A stretch of 50,484 nt of DNA, filler included, from Sphacelaria rigidula (Eukaryota), in assembly GCA_964200075.2 (NCBI GenBank). It is 3 parts of 3 records of this genome, joined end to end, with 100 filler letters (N's around TTAATTAATTAA, not from the genome) between each part and the next. Parts side by side here need not be neighbours in the genome. Positions count along the whole stretch, not along the records: positions 33,725 to 50,484 come from CAXNAA020001260.1; 2 more parts are not named here. The stretch is one strand, 5' to 3'. The notes under the pieces are model-generated. The model saw nothing but the letters and a program-made list of their open reading frames with translations. It was not told the origin of the DNA and made no database searches. Shown piece by piece: positions 42,501 through 50,484 of the stretch. Within the stretch, counting starts at the first letter, position 1; each line of letters starts with the position of its first letter. The position numbers and the translations under genes are program-made.

Positions 42501-45500
42501 GAGTGTATTGCGGGTGCTGTAGTGTCGATGAAAGGCACATGGGATAAACACGGGCGGGTAGTCGAATCGCAGCTGAACTTGGACATGACTACTTCATAAC
42601 TTTTGTCCAGGTCGCGACGTGGACATAGCTTATGTTCGAGTCGCGACGTGGACATAGCTTATGTCCAAGTCGCGACTTGGAATAGTTATGTCCACCACCA
42701 GCTGCGATTTGACTACCCGCCCGCATTCGTCTCATGTGCCTTGCATCGGCACTACAACACCCGGAATGCACTCACACAACCCGTAGCCATCGTTCAAGCC
42801 ATCGCACGGTGCCAACGGCCTCGTAGCGAGCGAGAAACGCGCCTGATGCACAGTGCCAAGACATACCGCCACCCGACCGGAGGTGGACATACGTTATATC
42901 CATCACCAGCGATTGGAATACCTGTCCGCGCTCGTCCTATGTGCCTTGCACCGATCCTACAGCACCTCCTGGTATACACTTACACAGCCCGTAGCCACCA
43001 CTCGAGCCATCGCACGGTGAAGACGGCCTTGTAGTGGCATAGGAACGCGCCTGCTGAGCAGTGCCAACAATTACCGCCACCCGACTGGAGGTGGATACAA
43101 GCTACTATGTCCAAGGGGCGAATTTCATGTCCAACTCCAGCGAGTGGGATACCTGTCCGCGCTCGTCCCATGTGCCTTGTATCGACACCACAGCATCTAC
43201 AATATACTAACACATTGCGTAGCCACCGTTGTTCAAGCTATGGTGGGGTGCAATGCTAAAGCTCGCGGGAGCAGTATCACGATGCTGTGGCCTTTAGGAC
43301 GACTAGATATACAAGATTCGCCTTCTTCCTCGCAGCTCCTACAGCCGTGGGAAATCGACCCACTAGGTTTGTGTCGAGGACATCGCCGGTGAGACAAAGG
43401 AATGGTCGATTCATGGAGCCATCTTCGCGGCTGGTGCGCGTTATCCGCGCTTCGTACCCAACAGCCCCAGGTTATACGGACAGCGTACGTAGATAACGTG
43501 CGACGCGAGACAGCTGAGCAACGTGTACATTTGTAGGTCATTGAACACTGTCTGTAGATACGTTCTCATCACGCTGGTAAAAACCTCGGTGCATCGCAGA
43601 ACAATTCGGGTAAAACGTACTAGCGGCAATCACTTGTTGGAGTTTTGTCTGCAACGTGACCGTTATCAATCGTAAGCACATGACTACGTGCTCTCATGTC
43701 TCCAGTCTACATAGCTTATGTCCGAGTTACCTACGTCACGTTCGTCCAAGTAACCCGCGGTCGGAGTTTCAGTATCCAAACGGGTTGGCCACGTCTTCTG
43801 CCAACTATCGGGCCCTTTTAACTATCACTTGCACCTTGCGATGGTTTGAGCGATGGCCATGGACTGTGTGAGTGTATTACAGCTGCTGTAGGGTCGATGC
43901 AAGGTACCTGGGACGAACGCGGAAAGGTATTTCAATCGCTGGTGGTGGATATGGCTTGTGTCCACCTCCAGTCGGGTGGGGGTGTTTCTTGGCACTGTGC
44001 AGTAGGCGCGTTTCTCGTCCCCTACGAGGCCGTTTGCACCGTGCGATGACTTGAACGATGGCCACGGACTGTGTGAGTGTATTGCAGCTGCTGTAGGGTC
44101 GATGCAAGGTACATGAGACGAACGCGGATAGGTATTCCAATCGCTGGTGGTGGACATAGCTTGTGCCCACCTCCAGTCGGGTGGGGGTGTTTCTTGGCAC
44201 TGTGCAGTAGGCGCGTTTCTCGTCCGCTACGAGGCTGTTTGCACCGTGCGATGACTTGAACGATGGTCACGGACTGTGTGAGTGTGCTGCAGCTGCTGTA
44301 GGGTCGATGCAAGGTACATGAGACGAACGCGGATAGGTATTCCAATCACTGGTGGTGGACATAGCTTGTGCCCACCTCCCGTCGGGTGGGGGTGTTTCTT
44401 GGCACTGTGCAGCAGGCGCGTTTCTCTCTCGCTACGAGGTCGTTTGCACCGTGCGATGACTTGAACGATGGTCACGGACTGTGTGAGTGTGTTGCAGGTG
44501 CTGTAGAGTCGATACAAGGCACATGGGACGAGCGAGGACAGGTGTTCCAATCGCTGGTGATGGACATAACGTATGTCCAAGTCGCGACTTGGACATAGAT
44601 TATGCCCACCTCCAGTCGGGTGGCGGTGTTGTTTGGCACTGCGCGTTTCTCTCTCGCTACGAGGCCGTTGGCACCGTGCGATGGCTTGAACGATAGCCAC
44701 GGGCTGTGTGAGTGCATTGAAGGTGCTGTAGGGTCGATGCAAGGCACATGTGACGAGCGCGGGCAGGTATTCCAATCGCTGGTGGTGGACATAAGCTATG
44801 TCCAAGTCGCGACTGACTTGGACATAGCTTATGTCCAACTCCAGTGGGATGGGGGTATTTCTTGACACTATGCAGCAGGCGCGTTTCCCGCTTGCTACGA
44901 GGCCGTTGGCACCGTGCGATGGCTTGAACGATGGCCACGGACTGTGTGAGTGCATTGAAGGTGCTGTAGGGTCGATACAAGACATATGGGACGAGCGCGG
45001 ACAGGTGTTCCAATCGCCGGTCGTGGATATAACTTATTATGTCGAAGTCGCGACTCGGACATATAGCTTTTTATGTCCACCTCTAGTCGGGTGGCGGTAT
45101 TGTTTGGCACTGTGCAGCAGGCGCGTTTCTCGCTCGCTACGAGGCCGTTGGCACCGCGCGATGGCTTGAACGATGGGTACGGGTTGTGTGAGTGAATTGC
45201 AGGTGTTGTGGTGCCGATGCAAGGCACATGAGATGAACGCGGGTGGGTAGTCAAATCGCAGCTGGTGGTGGACATAACTATTCCAAGTCGCGACTTGGAG
45301 ATAGCATTACCCATTTAGATATGTATATATTATAGAGAGACAGACAGACAGAGAGGGACATCGGGAAGCAATGTGAATGAAAAGAAGCGGACGTGAACGA
45401 AAACAAGGGTTCTTCAACGTTCGTATGCATCAGGGCATCTAGTTTGAGTGGTGGCTCTCTCCTGAGACCGGAAAACACTTTTTTTGAAGAATATCCCGAA

Positions 45501-47953
45501 ATTAGGAGAACATGGACTTCGGCCATAGCTTACACAGATATCGACCCTTATCTAATGTATCCGTAGGAATTCGCCAGCCTACCCACGACATACACCGGAC
45601 ACACGTACCCCACTCGCTGTTTCCCTTGTTTTCGCATCCTCTGATGGGTTCACGTTCGAGGCTCCGCCAGCACCGTCAGGGATGTGGGAGTTCAGCTTGT
45701 CATCACCTCTATGGTTGCTACTGTTTCTGCCATCGACACAGTCTTGCAGTTTTGTGTTCTCTTGTATCCACAGGGAGACTCTGGTCGGGACCTCTCCAAG
45801 GCCTGCCCACTTGTACACTCGTTCTACCTCCCGCTCTGCAGATACGGCCAAATCTTCATAGCGGACCAGGAGGTACCTGTTCAAGCAGGACCCAGGAATG
45901 GGGAGGGAGAGCGTAGCACGGATGGACACCTTTCAAGTGCCGCGATACCACCACACTACGCAACTGCGTATCTTTCATTTACCCGTACGTGCAACCTTTT
46001 ATCGAAGTGTTCGAGGTTCGGGGTGTTTTCGTTGCGCTAGATGGATTCCCCGCTTCCAATAGCGAGGGTTGGGGGCACGACACCGTAGGAAGCCGATAGG
46101 GGTGCGAAGGCACGGCTGGATTCGGTGGTATCTAGTCATGTCTCGGTTTCCCCAAAACCTGTCGCGGTCGCAGTGGTAGAGCTTCTAGTTCAAAATCGGC
46201 GATAAGTTCACTTTTTTCAAAAGCTGGCTCTGAGCTGTACTTGCGCTCCCCTGGGAGTACTCGAAACTAGCGAATTGTGACTAACGTTTATCAGTCGACG
46301 CCGGCTATCGTGTAACGGGACTGGAGTACCTGGAGGAGTGCAGTTTTCTCGATGTCCGTAGTTGCTTTTGATACACGCCGCAGATGCTGCAGAGTAGTGT
46401 GGACGGAAGCAGCATCAATGAGGAATGGACACATCAAATACATGAGGTTTAGAAGCCGCACCGTTTCGTGACGTATACGAAATATGAACGTAACATTGCT
46501 CAGCCATGCTTTTCTCATCCCCCCTTCGAGCATATGGGAAGGACAACACGAAAGAAGGGGTTCTCAACTCTACGAGTCAGCTCCCTCGAAATAACTTTCG
46601 TCGTACGGCGCTGAAATGCGTGGGAGGACCGCGTGCTTCTTGGACCGCATCGGAGTTTAAACATTGCTATGATGGTTGGAGTGAGGATGAGGGTTAGTGT
46701 TATGGGTAGGATTAGGATTAGGGGCGCGGTCGCTGCAGGGACTTGCTCAAGCGGTCTTGAAAAACGTTGATCGTAGGGTGCTCAAAACCCGATGCGGTCC
46801 AGAACGCACGCGATCCTCCCACGCATTACAGCGCAACAGCTCACTCACATCAAACCATCGAAATATTCCTTCAAAGAGAATTGAACTCGACCTGTGCCGT
46901 CACAAAATGTCCATATTTCGGCTGAGGCTAAGACTCACATAATTCCGAGAACGCGGGCCCGCTCCTTCCCCGAGGGGGGCAACTCCGTCAACCTCAAATT
47001 CCTCCTTCGATTGCTGAGCCTGCCGTCGGCGCCACCAGCGTTATCAGAAAAATTACCGCTGTTAGCATGGCCAGTATGCCTGGCGCTACCGCGTTCGAAA
47101 AGAGATCGGTTCCTCCATCCACCATCACTACTCCCGAGAATGTCGCCTCCGGATATAGTCCCGTTGCTTACGACCTGCCGCCGTTCCGCCACGTCTTCTG
47201 TAATCAACTTTGCGCCTCGTTGAGGTGGAGCTTTGTTCATGCATTCGCATCCGCGTACGCACAGACACGCACACACGAGAATATGCGCCATAGGGAACGC
47301 GAAGATTTCATCCGTGTGTTGTAGTAATTTTGTCCCTAGCGTTTCAAGTGGTACGTACCGCGGTCTTCTATGATCTTCAGGACAAAAGGTGGATTGTATT
47401 TATTGGCCTCCTTAAATTAAGCATGTAACCCTACGAACCTACGAACTTTTTACAGTCTTCTGTAGATACTAGAGGGATATGCCTTGTGCGAAGCACGTGT
47501 TCAAATGTTCATACATACGCAGGAAAATATTCTCAAGCCCGGGAGGATACTGTGCTGCAAACACCGGGGGCGTACGTCTTGCGCGAGATGTGTGCTGGAA
47601 TGTTCGTAAGGAGAAAGATATTCTGAAGCCCGCGCACATGTCGTGCCAACGCTATCCAATACTTGTCATTCGCAATCAAGTCTATGGGGTAGAATATGTT
47701 TTTACTTTTCATTGAAGGGTCTGGAGACCGTTCCGTGGTGACTTCCGCCGCCGCAAAATCTCCTATCGGTTCTGCTTGGGGTGAAAAGTAGCGCCGATAC
47801 TTGTGCGCGACGTTGAACGTATTTATCTGAGAGTGGATAACCGCCCTAGGGTCGCGCACAAGATGCACGATGAGCAGTCGACGACCGCCGGTGTCGCGTT
47901 CGTCCACTCCGCCAACCCCGGTGTCGGCTCGAATGGTCTTGACTACGACGGCC
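39528..47953 (-). CDS. Carbohydrate sulfotransferase-like protein (CHST/Gal-GlcNAc 6-O-sulfotransferase-like), spliced, 5' part missing
   Basis: Phase-consistent exons on -: 47953-47706 (AVVVKTIR..LLIVHLVRDPRAVIHS, 3'-PB motif), ~47215-46939, 46386-46330 (ICGVYQKQLRTSRKLHSSR), 45876-45609 (YLLVRYEDLAVSAEREVERVYKWAGL), 40176-40091, 39726-39528 (KLWRNQMPQEEAAAVWNACGASGVMNALGY*). The 5'-PSB exon is not seen and is probably beyond the window. Confidence 0.88.
40535..40760 (-). mobile_element. 3' end of a non-LTR retrotransposon with a degenerate (CAAT)n tail
   Basis: The reverse complement reads accacggctagactcgaagcgggtcaa...caatcactcaatcaatc, homologous to 14445-14503. Confidence 0.55.
40911..45312. 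mobile_element. 4.4-kb non-coding foldback element built of ~205-bp tandem units, with TIRs and an 8-bp TSD
   Basis: ATTTAGAT|GGGTAATGCT...AGCATTACCC|ATTTAGAT. Unit starts at 43861, 44066, 44271, 44476 (205 bp period), then 44701, 44939, 45181. Units occur in both orientations. Unique block 41855-42225 is inverted at 43330-43700. Confidence 0.88.
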
Positions 47954-49299
47954 CTGGGAACCAAAAACAGGCATGGGCTGTGCAGTGATCCTTTTCAATG
48001 CATTTCGTCTCATTGAACACAATGCCGCTCGTACGTACGGGATAATCGCAGGTTGTCTGTATGTCAAGTTTGACCTTACCCCACTCATACCAGCTTCAAA
48101 GCAAACCTCGGCGGGGTTGTGCAGGTCAAGTCCTTCAACGAAAGAATATATCACTAAACCCATATGTAAACCTGCTCGCCCGAGTACAATGCTTTGGCAT
48201 CTCCGTAGCTTGAAATCCTGCGGCTTCGTGGTAACACGGTGCTACGGTATTCTAGGTAGATTCCAAGGGTGAGCATTCCGTCAGGATGGAAGACAAGAAT
48301 GCTGATACTCCAACAATAGCATAAAAAACGTCCTTCCGCGTCTTGAAGAATTCAAGGTCTCCTCTGCCATGAACAGAGGTCTCCTCGCATTCAGGTTTAC
48401 CTTTCCATTGAGGCTCGTCAGACCAGGGATATACGTGAAAATATCACGGAGGAGCCAACTGAATATTTTTTTTGTATGTTGAAACTTCCCCTGGCTTGCG
48501 TGTCGCGCATTGTTGCTCCGGTGTCTAAAGCCATATGTGTCTCCTTTCGTATATCCGGAACGGTTCTCGCACCACGTGAGGGAAGCCACTTTTATCAGAC
48601 ACCTTCATCTCTGAAGAACATCGTACCGGATTTTTTCCCGAGCCCTAGAAATTTTTTATAGGAAAATCTTATAGGGCAGAGAATTTCCCCACCTACCTTT
48701 AAAACTTCCCGTTTTTACCTCTGTAAAAAACATTTCCAGCAACGGAATTTCTTTGCCGAAATACCAACGGCGGCACTTTACCTCTCATGGAAGTATTCCT
48801 CTTTCATCATTTCGAGAGACGTGCGGAAAAAATATCGGGGCAATTTTTGATGATACCCGAAAAAAGTCACATGTGAAATGGCGAGCAGGAGGGTAAGTTT
48901 TGAACACTTCCTGCTGCCTCTTGAACCTCATACGCCGTTCACGGTGCAGTATGTGGGACTTGCACGACAGGGGCTGTTCGCATTAAGTTCTCGTTTTGTC
49001 CAATTTCAGGATATATTGGCGGGCACAATGTAGATTTATTTCGAAGAGCTTCTGCTGCACAAATTCCAAATCTGCCCGTGTAGAGTAAATGTCTCTATTA
49101 CGGAACAGTTCTAATTCAGGAACGTTTTCTTTTAATCGTCCATAGCAGGCGAAATATTGATCGTTTCCCATTCTGTTTTTTGCTGCGTGTGCACAAGAGC
49201 ACGTTGCTTCTTTTGAGCTACTACACGTGGCTTTTTCATCGGGAAACACCATCCCACAGTATCTTTCTTCAAAACCAGCTTTTTGGTCGATCGGCTGCT

Positions 49300-49720
49300 A
49301 AGCATGCAGAGAGTAAGGGCGGACCCAGAACGTGCAGCAGAGGCCGTTGAAGAGGTACGCAGCGGCCGCATGACCTTCTGTGCTGCTGCAAAAGCCTTTG
49401 ACATCTGCGTTGCTTCACTGCAGAAGCGTGTCAGTGGTAGCGTGGGCATAGCTGACAGGGTTGGTCCGGGTACTGTACGGTCGAGGTAGGAAGAAATTCC
49501 ACCGAAGATATGTTGAAATTTGCCGCAGCTCGTCAAAGGGCCTAACCCAGGCGGTTATAGCGCTCTGGAGCGACAGCCAGCCGGTGCCGTAGGACCCGAA
49601 AGTAGGCCCAGGTTGGAAATGGCTCGACTTGTTTCTTTGGGGGCACCCGTGGCTAGGTGAGAGCAGCGACCGCATCTACACGGCCGATAGGGTGGGGCGG
49701 CTGACGAAGAAAATCGCATG
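49300..49720 (+). pseudogene. pogo/Tc5-type transposase N-terminal remnant (psq-type HTH plus CENP-B-type HTH)
   Basis: AAEAVEEVRSGRMTFCAAAKAFDICVASLQKRVSG...VGPGTV..*EE resembles HTH_psq. Downstream GPGWKWLDLFLWGHPWL resembles the Tc5 HTH 'W...F..RHP.L' motif. Contains an in-frame stop and frameshifts. Confidence 0.75.
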
Positions 49721-50484
49721 CTGGAGTTTTATGTGGCCTGTGAGGACTACGTGCACAAGGAGAAGCCGGCAATCGACCACAGATAGAACACTGACGAGAG
49801 AGATGCTTTACAGTCTGTCAAGAGCCGTTCCGCTCATGTGATACGACGCGTGTGTCTAGAGGTAGAGCCAGAGGCTGTTGCTGTAGAGTGGTATTTATCT
49901 GCTCCCAGTTATGCTGCGTTTGAAATGGTATTATTCTCGCCGCATTCTTCACCGACAAAGCACTTGGCGTTGCCTGCTCATTACTGTCTCGGCGTGCTCT
50001 ATTGACTGTACTTATTCTTCATGGAAGTACTGCGTATACCGTCTGTACAGGTGTTGCAAGTACCGTGATTAGAGGTGGTGCCAGTACTGTGCGTACCACC
50101 CGATACTCGACGTACTACCCTGTACCGTGCCCCCCCCCGTGTGGTCTTATGACTATGACATGCACGATCATGAGTATACCCCCCCTCCCCCTTCCCGCCC
50201 CTACACCCGCCACTCGTGGATATCTCCACCGAAGGTGTTACTTCGCAAGGGATCAAGGCGTGGACGGCCAACGCCGAGAAAGCTTCGGCGAAGGTTTTGC
50301 TGCTTGGCTTGCTCTGTTTCGTGCTCGCTGCTGTCTGCGAGCTTCGTCTACCGTTCTCGTAGTCATTGTCGCTTTTGACGAGAATTTCGTGGGGGGGAGG
50401 GGGGGGGGGGGGGCAGTAAACGTGTTGCATTGTCCCTGGGCGGCCTCCAAAGGGTGTTTCGGGGGGTGGAGGGGAGAGGAGAAG

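Noticed and set aside
43830-45290. CRISPR array or repeat-protein ORFs (e.g. 44227-44985)
   Set aside because: Whole units repeat without unique spacers, the 205-bp period is not a multiple of 3, and the context is eukaryotic with no cas genes.
46688-46722. TTAGGA/TTAGGG-like tract (a similar one at ~11960-11980)
   Set aside because: Too short and degenerate, with no flanking homology to the 4.2/19.5 kb family.
50200-50390. Possible upstream sulfotransferase exon (..FAEAFSALAVHALIPCE..)
   Set aside because: Plausible by strand and position, but splice sites are weak and there is no diagnostic motif, so it is not included in the model.

Overview
This is eukaryotic, intron-rich and transposon-dense DNA, most likely from a brown alga (Phaeophyceae). 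That assignment is inferred from an EsV-1-7 repeat gene, short GT-AG exons and TTAGGG-like repeats. Three host genes are supported. (1) A spliced MATE/DinF-type efflux transporter on + (8 phase-consistent exons, 10986-16029, both ends not located). (2) An intronless gene on - (21239-23896) with about 16 tandem 38-aa EsV-1-7 C-x4-C-x16-C-x2-H repeats. (3) The 3' part of a spliced carbohydrate-sulfotransferase-like gene on - (6 phase-consistent exons, 47953-39528). The rest is mostly mobile DNA: decayed hAT and pogo transposases, a decayed Ty3/gypsy pol, tRNA-derived SINEs, LINE-like 3' tails, and MITEs with hAT, piggyBac, PIF/Harbinger, pogo and Stowaway-type ends. The most striking unexplained structure is a 4.4-kb non-coding foldback element (40911-45312) with TIRs and a perfect 8-bp TSD, built from ~205-bp units in a nested palindrome inside a sulfotransferase intron. 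A decayed, unidentified coding region lies at ~24.8-33.6 kb. There are two 100-bp assembly gaps. All calls were made by eye and no database searches were run.
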